A stretch of DNA of 64,000 bases from contig NC_091978.1 in the NCBI RefSeq assembly GCF_044704955.1, forward strand, positions 40,424,001-40,488,000. The letters run 5' to 3'. The notes beneath the pieces are model-generated. The model made no database searches. It was not told the DNA's origin and worked only from the letters and a program-made list of their open reading frames with translations. The stretch is from Pristiophorus japonicus. Taxonomy: Eukaryota. Positions 12,690 to 24,400 of the stretch are shown here, in pieces (the first letter of the stretch is position 1; each line of letters starts with the position of its first letter). Made by a program: the position numbers and the translations under genes.

Positions 12690-13959
12690 GATTCAATCGT
12701 GGCTTTCAAAAGGGAATTGGATAAGTACCTGAAGGAAACAAAATGGCAGGGTTACAGGGGAAGGGTGGGGGAGTGGGACTAGCGTAAGTGCTCTTGTAGA
12801 GAGCCGGCACATGCTCGAAGGGCTGAATGGCCGTCTTCTGTGCTGCAACCATTCTATGATTGTTTTAATATGTTAGCACAACACACAGAAATGGAATGCT
12901 AATGATTTTGTTTATTTGACCTTGATATTTAGAGCCTGTTCCTGATGCAGTTTAGGAGTGGAGAGGAATGGTCTTTATTTTTGCTGGCTTACAAGCAGGG
13001 GAATTGTTAACATAAGACATCTAACTTGGTGCTTAATAAGGATCAGGTCCTAACACTAAGTGGCAATCACCCATTTGAACTTAAATTTTTGGTAGGAAAG
13101 TTGACCCCACCTGTGTTTGTAAAACAAATGTAATATATATCTCCTTTTGGGACTGTTAATATAATCCTGTGACCCTTCAAAACTTGTTTACAGTGACAGC
13201 TGGCAGGGAATCATTGGGGAATTGAGAAATAGTAATCTATGATGATGCTTCAAAGCTGAATTTTAAGCTTTCAAACCCTGTGGAGCAAATTGAGCTTCAG
13301 ATGTCTGGAGATTTGTTCCACCCCTAATATATCTAACTGCCAGTTTATGCAGGAACGATGTCTGACGTCCACTCAAGTTCTGAAGCTGCAAAACCGTTGA
13401 AGTAGCCAACTGAAGCAATGATAAATATTTGAAGTGTGAAGGTACTGCCTTATGTTTCCCCCCGCTGCCCAAGCACATCAGTTCAGAAATAATGTAATCG
13501 ATGTTTCAGGTAGAATATGTGATTAACGCAAGACAAATAGTTATCTGCATACTATAGTGGCCACGCATCGTGGGATAGACTTCCTAGATGTGCTATCTGT
13601 AGTAAAATCATAAACCTATTGCTTATAAAGAGGTTTATGATTTGTTGCAGTCAGCACACAAAGGAAATCTTCCCCTATCTTTTTGCCTCAATGTTATAAT
13701 CTCCCCACATCCTCCCATCTCCAAGAATACATTGGTCCAGTTATGCATTTTTTAAATAAAATTTTTACTGCAGATGGTTTCTGCAGAGGAAACTTATTCC
13801 ACATTTATGAATGCTTAGACTGAAAACTTTTCTGCTTCCCAAAAGAATCCAAATAGTCAAGGCTGAGATAGATAGATTTTTGGACTCCAGGACAATCAAG
13901 GGTTATGGGGATAGTGAAGGAAAATTCGAGTTGCGATCGAAGATCAGCCAACACGAGAG

Positions 13960-15631
13960 CGGGCGGTCTTGGATTTCATTTTGGGGAATGAAGCTGGGTA
14001 GGTTTAAGGATATTAGTGGGTGCCAGTGACCATAATTCAGTCAGATTCAAGTTGGTTATGGATAAGGACAAGAATAGGCCTGGAATAAAAGTTCCGAATT
14101 GGGGAAAAGCTAATTTTGCTCGGTTAAAGAGTGATTTGGCCTTATTGAACTGGAAACGGCTCCTTGTGGGTAAATCAGTGTCGGAACAGTGGGAGGCATT
14201 CAAGGAGGAGATCCGTAAGGCTCAGGACAATTATGTGCCCTGAAAGAAAAAGGATGGGAAAAATAATTCTCGAGCCCCCTGGATATCTAGGGACTTACAT
14301 GGCAGCTGCAGTATAATGTGGATAAATGTGAGGTTATCCACTTTGGTGGTAAAAACACGAGGGCAGAGTATTATCTGAATTGTGGCAGATTAGGAAAAGG
14401 AGAGATGCAACAAGACCTGGGTGTCATGGTTCATTAGTCATTGAAAGTTGGCATGCAGGTACAGCAGGCAGTGAAGGCAAATGGCATGTTGGCCTTCATA
14501 GCTAGGGGATTTGAGTATAGGAGCAGATACGTCTTACTGCAATTGTACAGGGCCTTGGTGAGGCCTCACCTGGAGTATTGTGTTCCGTTTTGGTTTCCTA
14601 ACCTGAGGAAGGACGTTCTTACTATTGAGGGAGTGCAGTGAAGGTTCACCAGACTGATTCCAGGGATGGCTGGACTGACCTATGAGGAGAGAGTGGATCA
14701 ACTGGGCCTTTGTACACTGGAGTTCAGAAGGATGAGAGGGGATCTCATAGAAACGTACAAGATTCTGACGGGGCGGGACAGGTTAGATGCGGGAAGAATG
14801 TTCCCGATGTTGGGGAAGTCCAGAACCAGGGGACACAGTCTTAGGATAAGGGGGAGGCCATTTAGAACTGAGATGAGGAGAAACTTCTTCACTGAGGGAG
14901 TTGTGAACCTGTGGCATTCCCTGCCGCAGAGTGTCGTTGATGCCAGTTTATTGGATATATTCAAGAGGGAGTTATATATGGCCTCCTTATGGCAAAAGGG
15001 ATCAAGAGGTATGGAGAGAAAGTGGGAAAAGGGTACTGAGGTGAATGATCAGTCATGATCTTATTGAATGGTGGTGCAGGCTCGAAGGGCTGAATGGCCT
15101 ACTCCTGCACCTATTTTCTATGTTTCTTGCAGGAGGATTAAGAAAAAAAGGGACACTTATGTCATATACCAATGGCTAAATACTATAGAATCTTTAGAGG
15201 AATATAAAAAGTTAAAAGGCAAAATTAAAAAAGATATTAGGAATGCTAAAAGAGAGCACGAGAAATTCTTGGCCAGTAAAATTAAGGAAAACCCCAAGAT
15301 GGTCTATAAATATATTATGAACAAGAAGGTAACTAAAGAAAGGGTAGGGGCCATTAGAGACCATGAAGGTAATCTTTGTGTGGAGGCGGAAGATGTTGGG
15401 AGGGTTCTTAACGAATACTTTGCATCTGTTTTCACAAACGAAAGGGGCAATGCAGATACTGCTAGCGAGGAGGAGTGTGATATTCTGGATGTAATAAATA
15501 TAGTGAGAGAAGAAGTATTAAGGGGTTTTAGCAGCTTTGAAAGTAGATAAGTCCCCAGGCCCGGATGAAATGCATTCCAGGCTGTTGAGCGAAGTAAAAG
15601 AGGAAATAGCAGAGGCCTTGACTATCATTTT
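13960..15631 (+). mobile_element. Internal CR1 ORF2 fragment (endonuclease end and linker) interrupted by a family A copy
   Basis: GASDHNSVRF and NWGKANF at 14016-14243; IKENPK, LNEYFASVF and DKSPGPD at 15128-15631. Confidence 0.75.
14297..15127 (+). mobile_element. 5'-truncated CR1 LINE, family A
   Basis: ORF2 C-terminus, 3'UTR and CTATTTTCTATGTTTCT tail. Confidence 0.88.
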
Positions 15632-18085
15632 CATAGAAACATAGAAAATAGGCCCTTCTAGCCTGCACCGCCATTCAATGAGTTCATGGCTGAAAATGCA
15701 ACTTCAGTACCCCATTCCTGCTTTCTCGCCATACCCCTTGATCCCCCTAGTAGTAAGGACTTCATCGAACTCCTTTTTGAATATATTTAGTGAATTGGCC
15801 TCAACAACTTTCTGGGGTAGAGAATTCCACAGGTTCACCACTCTCTGGGTGAAGAAGTTTCTCCTCATCTCGGTCCTAAATGGCTTACCCCTTATCCTGA
15901 GACTGTGACCCCTGGTTCTGGACTTCCCCAACATTGGGAACATTCTTCCTGCATCTAACCTGTCTAAACCCATCAGAATTTTAAACGTTTCTATGAGGTC
16001 CCCTCTCATTCTTCTGAACTCCAGTGAATACAAGCCCAGTTGATCCAGTCTTTCTTGATGGGTCAGTCCCGCCATCCCGGGAATCAGTCTGCTGAACCTT
16101 CGCTGCACTCCCTCAATAGCAAGAATGTCCTTCCTCAGGTTCGGAGACCAAAACTGTACACAATACTCCAGGTGTGGCCTCACCAAGGCCCTGTACAACT
16201 GTAGCAACACCTCCCTGCCCCTGTACTCAAATCCCCTCGCTATGAAGGCCAACATGCCATTTGCTTTCTTAACCGCCTGCTGTACCTGCATGTCAACCTT
16301 CAATGACTGATGTACCATGACACCCAGGTCTCTTTGCACCTTCCCTTTTCCTAATCTGTCACCATTCAGATAATAGTCTGTCTCTCTGTTTTTACCACCA
16401 AAGTGCATAACCTCACATTTATCCACATTATACTTCATCTGCCATGCATTTGCCCACTCACCTAACCTATCCAAGTCACTCTGCAGCCTCATAGCATCCT
16501 CCTCGCAGCTCACACTGCCACCCAACTTAGTGTCATCCGCAAATTTGGAGATACTACATTTAATCCCCTCGTCTAAATCATTAATGTACAGTGTAAACAG
16601 CTGGGGCCCCAGCACAGAACCTTGCGGTACCCCACTAGTCACTGTCTGCCATTCTGAAAAGTCCCCATTTACTCCTACTCTTTTCTTCCTGTCTGACGAC
16701 CAGTTCTCAATCCACGTCAGCACACTACCCCCAATCCCGTGTGATTTAACTTTGCACATTAATCTCTTGTGTGGGACCTTGTCGAAAGCCTTCTGAAAGT
16801 CCAAATATACCACATCAACTGGTTCTCCTTTGTCCACTTTACTGGAAACATCCTCAAAAAATTCCAGAAGATTTGTCAAGCATGATTTCCCTTTCACAAA
16901 TCCATGCTGACTTGGACCTATCATGTCACCATTTTCCAAATGCGCTGCTATGACATCCTTAATAATTGATTCCATCATTTTACCCACTACTGAGGTCAGG
17001 CTGACCGGTCTATAATTCCCTGTTTTCTCTCTCCCTCCTTTTTTAAAAAGTGGGGTTACATTGGCTACCCTCCACTCAATAGGAACTGATCCAGAGTCAA
17101 TGGAATGTTGGAAAATGACTGTCAATGCATCCGCTATTTCCAAGGCCACCTCCTTAAGTACTCTGGGATGCAGTCCATCAGGCCCTGGGGATTTATCGGC
17201 CTTCAATCCCATCAATTTCCCCAACACAATTTCCCGACTAATAAAGATTTCCCTCAGTTCCTCCTCCTTACTAGACCCTCTGACCCCTTTTATATCCGGA
17301 AGGTTGTTTGTGTCCTCCTTAGTGAATACTGAACCAAAGTATTTGTTCAATTGGTCTGCCATTTCTTTGTTCCCCGTTATGACTTCCCCTGATTCTGACT
17401 GCAGGGGACCTACGTTTGTCTTTACTAACCTTTTTCTCTTTACATACCTATAGAAACTTTTGCAATCCGCCTTAATGTTCCCTGCAAGCTTCTTCTCGTA
17501 CTCCATTTTCCCTGCCCTAATCAAACCCTTTGTCCTCCTCTGCTGAGTTCTAAATTTCTCCCAGTCCCCAGGTTCGCTGCTATTTCTGGCCAATTTGTAT
17601 GCCACTTCCTTGGCTTTAATACTATCCCTAATTTCCCTTGATAGCCACGGTTGAGCCACCTTCCCTTTTTTAATTTTACGCCAGACAGGAATGTACAATT
17701 GTTGTAATTCATCCATGCGGTCTCTAAATGTCTGCCATTGCCCATCCACAGTCAACCCCTTAAGTATCATTCGCCAATCTATCCTAGCCAATGCACGCCT
17801 CATACCTTCAAAGTTACCCTTCTTTTAAGTTCTGGACCATGGTCTCTGAATTAACTGTATCATTCTCCACCCTAATGCAGAGTTCCACCATATTATGGTC
17901 ACTCTTCCCCAAGGGGCCTCGCACAATGAGATTGCTAATTAGTCTTCTCTCATTACACAACACCCAGTCTAAGATGGCCTCCCCCCTAGTTGGTTCCTCG
18001 ACATATTGGTCTAGAAAACCATCCCTTATGCACTCCAGGAAATCCTCCTCCACCGTATTGCTTCCAGTTTGGCTAGCCCAATCTA
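15632..18085 (-). mobile_element. Well-preserved 5'-truncated CR1 LINE, family A
   Basis: Tail CATAGAAACATAGAAAATAG. Uninterrupted 699-aa ORF, plus the endonuclease end (ILDWVL, GKSDHN) in 17814-18053. Confidence 0.93.
15704..17803 (-). CDS. CR1 ORF2 fragment: linker, reverse transcriptase and C-terminal domain (699 aa; not a host gene)
   Basis: All RT motifs are in one frame ([44 protein letters not shown]). The endonuclease is truncated and frameshifted. Confidence 0.85.
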   Translation of the reverse strand: MRRALARIDWRMILKGLTVDGQWQTFRDRMDELQQLYIPVWRKIKKGKVAQPWLSREIRDSIKAKEVAYKLARNSSEPGDWEKFRTQQRRTKGLIRAGKMEYEKKLAGNIKADCKSFYRYVKRKRLVKTNVGPLQSESGEVITGNKEMADQLNKYFGSVFTKEDTNNLPDIKGVRGSSKEEELREIFISREIVLGKLMGLKADKSPGPDGLHPRVLKEVALEIADALTVIFQHSIDSGSVPIEWRVANVTPLFKKGGREKTGNYRPVSLTSVVGKMMESIIKDVIAAHLENGDMIGPSQHGFVKGKSCLTNLLEFFEDVSSKVDKGEPVDVVYLDFQKAFDKVPHKRLMCKVKSHGIGGSVLTWIENWSSDRKKRVGVNGDFSEWQTVTSGVPQGSVLGPQLFTLYINDLDEGIKCSISKFADDTKLGGSVSCEEDAMRLQSDLDRLGEWANAWQMKYNVDKCEVMHFGGKNRETDYYLNGDRLGKGKVQRDLGVMVHQSLKVDMQVQQAVKKANGMLAFIARGFEYRGREVLLQLYRALVRPHLEYCVQFWSPNLRKDILAIEGVQRRFSRLIPGMAGLTHQERLDQLGLYSLEFRRMRGDLIETFKILMGLDRLDAGRMFPMLGKSRTRGHSLRIRGKPFRTEMRRNFFTQRVVNLWNSLPQKVVEANSLNIFKKEFDEVLTTRGIKGYGEKAGMGY

Positions 18086-18131
18086 TGATGTTATGTGACT
18101 AATTGAGTAAAATGTGGCAGCACCTCATGTG

Positions 18132-20212
18132 ATAAGAACATAACATAAGAAATAGGAGCAGGCATCGGCCATACGGCCCCTCGAGTCTGCTCCGCCATTT
18201 AATACGATCATGGCTGATCCAATCATGGACTCGGGTCCACTTCCCTATCCACTCCCCATAACCCCTTATTCCCTTATCGGTTAAGAAACTGTCTATCTCT
18301 GTCTTAAATTTATTCAATGTCCCAGCTTCCACAGCTCTCTGAAGCAGCAAATTCCACAAATTTACAACCCTCTGAGAAGAAATTTCTCCTCATCTCAGTA
18401 TTAAATGGTGACCCTTTATTCTAAGATTATGCCCTCTAGTTCTAGTCTCCCCTATCAGTGGAAACATCCTCTCTGCATCCACCTCTGATAAGATCACCTC
18501 TCATTCTTCTGAATTCCAATGAGTAGAGGCCCAACCTACTCGACCTTTCTTCATAAGTCAACCCCCTCATCTCTGGAATCAACCTAGTGAACCTTCTCTA
18601 AAATACTTCCAAATCAAGTATATTCTTTTGTAAACCGAAATTGCATGCAGTATTCCAGGTGTGGCCTCACCAATACCCTGTATAACTGTAGCAAGACGTC
18701 CCTGCTTTTATACTCCATCCCCTTTGCAATAAAGGCCAAGATTCCATTGGCCTTCCTGATCACCTGTTGTACCTGCATACTATCCTTTTGTGTTTCATGC
18801 ACAAGCACCCCTCGGTCCCACTGTGCTGCAGCACTTTGCAATTTTTCTCCATTTAAATGACAACTTGCTCTTTGATTTTTTTTCTGCCAAAGTGCTTGAC
18901 CTCTCACTTTCCATCTGCCAAATTTTTGCTCTCACTTAGCCTGTCTTTGTCCTATTGCAGATTTTTTGTGCCCTCCTCACACATTGTTTTTCCTCCCATC
19001 TTTGTATCGTCAGCAAACTTGGCTGTCGTACACTCGGTCCCTTCTTCCAAGTCATTAATCTAGATTGTAAATAGTCGGGGTCCCAGCACTGATCCCTGCG
19101 GCACCCCACTAGTTGATTACTAACCCGAGAATGAACCATTTATCTGTTTTCTGTTTAATTAGCCAATCCTCTATCCATGCTAATATATTACCCCCAATCC
19201 CGTGAACTTTTATCTTGTGCAGTAACCTTTTATGTGGCACCTTGTCAAATGTCTTTTGGAAGTCCAAATACACCACATCCACTGGTTCTTCTTCATCCAC
19301 CCTGTTTGTTACATCCTCAAAGAACTCCAGCAAATTTGTCAAACATGAATCCTTCATAAATCCATGCTGACTCTGCCTGACCAAATTTTGGTTTTGCAAA
19401 TGTCCTGCTACTGCTTTTTTTAATAATGGACTCCAACATTTTCCCAACCACATGTTAGGCTAACTGGTCTGTATTTTCCTGCTTTTTGTCTGCCTCCTTT
19501 TTTAAATAGGGGCGTTACATTTGCAGTTTTCCAATCTGTTGGGACCTCCCCAGAATCCAGGGAATTTTGGGAAATTACAACCAATGCATCCACCATCCCT
19601 GCCGCTACTTCGCTTAAGATCCTAGGATGCAAACCATCAGGTCCAGGGGATTTATTTGCTTTTAGTTCCGTTATCTTACTGAGTACCACCTCCTTAATGA
19701 TTGTGTTAAGTTCCTCCCCCCCCTATAGCACCTTGACTATCCACTGTTTGGAATATTGTTTGTATCCTTCTTTACGGTAGAGGACACTAAGTATTTGTTC
19801 AGAGTTTCTGCCATCTCCATGTTCCGCATTATTAATTCCCCGGTCTCGTCCTGTATGGGACCAACATTTACTTTAGCCACTCTTTTCCTTTTTATATACG
19901 TATCAAAACTTTTACTATCTGTTTTTATATTTTGTGCTAGTTTACTTTCATAATCTATCTTCCCTTTCTTAATCATTTTTTTAGTCATCCTTTGCTGGCT
20001 TTTCAAAGCTTCTCAATCTTCTGTCCTCCCACTAGTTTTGGCCACTTTGTATGCCCTTGTTTTTAATTGGATACCGTCCTTTAGTTAGCCACAGATGGCT
20101 ATCTTTTCTTTTATACCCTTTCCCCCTCACTGGAATATATTTTTCTTGAAAGTTGTGAAATATCTCTTTCAATGTACACCACTGTTCATCAACCGTCCTG
20201 CTCTTTAATCTA
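18132..20212 (-). mobile_element. Degraded 5'-truncated CR1 LINE, family C
   Basis: (CATAAGAA)n tail, distinct 3'UTR (CATGGACTCGGGTCCACTTCCC on +), and fragmented RT ORFs at 18614-20006. Confidence 0.88.
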
Positions 20213-20789
20213 TTCCCCCCCCCCTCCCTACTGAATTCTTGATGGTCAATGACCGTTGGAATAATCAACTGCCGCTCCCTTCTTTTAAAAAAACTTTAAA
20301 TCTGCTGTCACCAAGAACCTGATAACCCAGATCGATGTTACTTTAAAACAATGAGATCCAAATGCGGAAGGCAAATTCAAGCAAAAGTAACTGGTTGAAA
20401 GAAAAAGCATGTCTGATAAAGTCTGTTGGTGAATGTTGTTTTTGTGAAGGCAGTCCTGTAGTTGAACTTAGCTTGGAAATGGGGTGATGGGGGGGAAAGC
20501 TCAGGCAAAAATGCAATAGTGGGTCTCGTATGTAAAATGTTAAGCAAGAAGCCAGAAAGCATATTTAGAAGCAATATTTGAGGAATCCATTCTCAAAGTG
20601 CAGAGGCTGTTGAACTGCCTTAATGTCAGACCTTCAGAAAAAACTCGGCAGAATCTGAATTGAACAGACAGTGCAAAAAAAAGTCCATCAAAACACCAGA
20701 GCACTAACCACACTTCTTCCCCACACAAATTATAAATCGAAGGCCCATACATGCCTACCGGCTAAAGGCGCCCAGACAGAGATTGACGC

Positions 20790-20880
20790 GGAAAGAAAGA
20801 TTTGCATTTAGATAGCGCCTTTCATGACCACCGAATGTCCCAAAGTGCTTTACAGTCTAAGTACTGTTGTAATGTAGCAA
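20790..20880 (-). mobile_element. Deu-domain SINE 3' tail fragment
   Basis: AAAGAAAGATTTGCATTTAGATAGCGCCTTTCATGACC is the reverse complement of the tail of the SINE copies at 38405 and 42055. Confidence 0.7.
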
Positions 20881-21689
20881 CCATAATCATAACTTTGCGC
20901 ACTGGGTCTGCAGATATACTCTGAACATATCGTCACTGCACAGAAACTGAGGTGCCACGCCAGCACACCTTTAGCCAGAAAGTAAACATGAAGCATAAGA
21001 CTGAGCCCAACCATCCACCCCATGAGCATGGATATGTGGAATGGACCCCTACCCTCCACTACATTTCCTCTCTCTCTTTTACCCTGTATCATCTTGTCCA
21101 ATTTAATTTTCCTTCGTCCTTTAACCATGCTTGACCTGAATATTGCAATTGATCCTGACTCCCTGTGTGCAATGCCACAAGAGATCAAGAAGTGTGGATT
21201 AAAATATGGATGTTGAACCTACCTGTTCATTATTAGTGTCATGTCTTGGGATAGTGTTTAATTTTCAACTTTATTGTGCCCTAATGTGGATTATTCTTCA
21301 TATTGCTGGTCAACTGCTGTGTACCCTCTGTTGTTCCTAATTAAGTCCTGTGTTAATGAGGTCCAGAAGATGTCACAGTAACCTGGACACCATTTCCTTT
21401 ATTTTCCCTGGAAATTGAGCACCATCAGAGATTGAAACCACGTTACTTGCATAATGCAGATTTTCTTACAAAGTTGTAACATTTTTGATGTGTTTTAAGG
21501 AGACCTGTGACCTTTACGTACTTGAGGCCAGCCACCAAACTGGACTTAATGGATGCACCTTTTAGACTCCCTATTTATCGGAGACCTGGAGGATGATGAA
21601 CAGAAAGTCTTGTTGAATGCGAGAAGGAGGTTGTGTGTTTGTCCACCTCTCCAGTGCTGCATCTGAAGATTCTGGAGGACATAACTGAA

Positions 21690-21765
21690 CAGTCTGAGGA
21701 ACAATGCATTTGGGGACTGAGGTTTTCTGGGGAGGTGGTCAGAGAAATTTCAAACTTGAGGCCTG
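21690..21765 (+). pseudogene. Possible Harbinger (HARBI1-like) transposase N-terminal relic
   Basis: Reads QSEEQCIWGLRFSGEVVREISNLRP, which resembles the SEEQCxRRLRFxxExVxE motif upstream of Harbinger DDE domains. It is short and cut by a CR1 insertion. Confidence 0.4.
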
Positions 21766-21782
21766 AAGCCACAATACATGGC

Positions 21783-22565
21783 TGAAAAAAATCAAAGAGC
21801 AAGTTATTATTTAAGTGGAGAGAGATTGCCAAGTGTTGCAGTGCAGTGGGACCTGGGGGTACTTGTGCATGAAACACAAAAGGATAGTATGCAGGTCCGG
21901 CAAGCGATCAGGAAGGCCAATGGAATCTTGGCCTTTATTGCAAAGGGGATGGAGTATAAAAGCAGGGAAGTCTTGTCACAATTATACAGGGTATTGGTGA
22001 GGCCACACCTGGAATACTGCGTTCAGGTTTGGTTTCCATATTTACAAAAGGATATACTTGCTTTGGAGGCAGTTCAGAGAAGGTTCACTAAGTTGATTTT
22101 GGAAATGAGGGGGTTGACTTATGAGTAAAGGTTGAGTAGGTTGGGCCTCTACTCGTTGGAATTCAGAAGAATGAGAGGTGATCTTATCGAAACGTATAAG
22201 ATTGAGGGGGCTTAACAAGGTGGATGCAGAGAGGATGTTTCCACTGATGGGGGAGACTAGAACGAGGGGGCATAATCTTAGCATAAGGGGCCGCCATTTA
22301 AAACTGAGACAAGGAGAAATTTCTTTTCTCAGAGGGGTGTAAATCTGTGGAATTTGCTGCCATTGAGCTGTGGAAGCTGGGACATTGAATAAATTTAAGA
22401 CAGAGATAGACAGTTTCTTAAACGATAAGGGAATCAGGGGTTATAGGGAGTGGGCAGGGCAGTGGGTCTGAGTCCATGATCGGATCAGCCATGATCGTAT
22501 TAAATGGCAGAGCAGGCTCGAGGGGCCGTATGGCCTACTTCTGCTCCTATTTTTTTAATGTTCTT
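21783..22565 (+). mobile_element. 5'-truncated CR1 LINE, family C
   Basis: ORF2 C-terminus (VRPHLEYC) and family C 3'UTR. Confidence 0.88.
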
Positions 22566-23279
22566 CTGTAACAAGGTTAATTAGCAGCACCATCCTTGAG
22601 TGCAACTTCGACTGTTGAGAAATGCACTTTATCCATTTTATCTCAGTGTTACTGCTCCCCATCCTATTTCTAGGGATGGTTTGTTTATTTGAAAGAAAAT
22701 TGTCTTGGTAAATGTTGGAATTGAACCACAAAGGACGCGAAAGAACTGGCTTTGAATTAGATTGAAGTAATGTTGAAGGCTGTTTACACATAGCAGTCAG
22801 AGTGACACAGCTCGGCAAAGGTTGGGGAGACTGGACTGATCAAGAATTCCAGGGAGAGACCAGCAACATGGCAGCTGGCCATTACACACTGCAGTGAGAT
22901 ACAAATTAAAATATAATTACCACCAATGTGACTTGGCTTTTGATGCTGGAGAAAATGCTACAGATGTCACCAGATGCTATCTCTGTGCATTTGAAAGAGA
23001 CGCACCGATTTGAACCACCTGGGAATTTCACTTGCAACATTTTGAGGAATAGTGCAAGTCTGTCAATTTTCGCGTGAAAACCAGCCAAAAAAAACAAATG
23101 ACTTGGGACTGATTCTACCTCCCATGAAATTATCAGGGAAAATTGTATAAAGCCTACAAACACTTCAACTCATAAGGGAACAAATCCTGTTCAAGGAAAG
23201 TATGTTGATTTTACGCATTTTCGCTGCTGCTCCAGACCCGAGCCCATTCCTTCTATCTCCCTTCATTTTTTCTCAGTGC

Positions 23280-23676
23280 CACTCTCCACTCGTAAGTCAG
23301 AAGGTTATGGATTCAAGTCCCACTCTGGAGTCTCGAGCACAGAAATCTAGGTTGACATTCCAGTGGAGTGCTGCACTGTCGGAGGTGCCGTCTTTCCAAT
23401 GAAATGTTAAACTAGTGCTCGTAACAGACCCCATAGTACGATTTCGGAGAATAGCCAAGGAAGTTATCCCCGGTGTGCTGGCCAATATTTATCCTTCAAT
23501 CAGCGTCACTAAAACAGGTGATCTGGTCATTGTCACAATGCAGTTTGTAGTTGCTTGCGGTTTGCAAATTGGCCGCTGCGTTTCCTACATTACAACATTT
23601 CAAAAAATACTTCATTGACTTTAAAGCGCTTTGGGACATCTGGTGGTCGTGAAATGGGGCTATATAAATGCAAGTA
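23280..23676 (+). mobile_element. tRNA-derived Deu-domain SINE (SacSINE1/AmnSINE1-like)
   Basis: B-box-like GGATTCAAGTCC, core CCCCGGTGTGCTGGCCAATATTTATCC, tail GCTATATAAATGCAAGT. Confidence 0.8.
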
Positions 23677-23859
23677 ATTTTGAACCTTTGGGCCCTTCTC
23701 TCTTGACTCTTCCCCTTCTTGCCACACAGCATGCCACCTATCATTTCTCCCCACTTGGGTACTTTGCCCCCCAATCTCTCCCCCCAACTCATCACTACTC
23801 CTTTGCCTTCCTACTCTTCTGCTGCTGTCCAAGGTTTGAATTGCCCTCGAAAACACCAA

Positions 23860-24400
23860 CCACCTGCATTTATTTAGCACCTTTAACATAGTAAAACATC
23901 CCAAGGCGTTTCACAGGAGAGTGATCAAACAAAATTTGACACCAAGTCATATGGGGACAGGTGACCAAATGCTTGGTCAAAGAGGTAGGTTTTAAGGAGC
24001 ACCTTATAGGAGAGTAGAGAGGTGAAGAAGTTTCAGGAGTAAGTTCCAGAAATTGGGGTCATGGCAGCTAAAGACACAGCTGCCAATGGGAGGGGAGGGG
24101 GTTCATCACAATCGGGAATGTGCAAGAGGTCAGAATTGGAGGAGCACAGAGTTCTGAGGATTGTAGGATTGGAAGAGGTTAGAGATGGCGAAGGACAAGA
24201 CAAAGGAGATATTTTAAAACAAGCATGATAATTTAAAATTGGAGGCATTGATCGACTGCGAGCCAATGTTGGTCAAGAACAGAGGAAGTGAATGGGACTT
24301 GGCGTGATGTAGGATATGGGCAGCAGAGTTGTGGATGAACTGAAGTTTACAGAGGATGGAAGTTGGGAGCCCAGCCAAGCGAGTATTGGAATAGCTACAC
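23860..24400 (-). mobile_element. L2-clade LINE 3' end
   Basis: Minus strand encodes YSNxxLAGLP...KLQFIHNSAA, typical of the L2 ORF2 C-terminus. Tail AAGGTGCTAAATAAATGCAG. Confidence 0.75.

Larger units (their letters stand above)
7590..12860 (+). mobile_element. Older CR1 LINE split by four younger insertions
   Basis: Collinear degraded ORF2 pieces at about 7590-7765, 9972-10117, 10266-10658, 11794-12478 and 12690-12860, ending in a 3'UTR (AACCATTCTATGATT). Confidence 0.75.
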
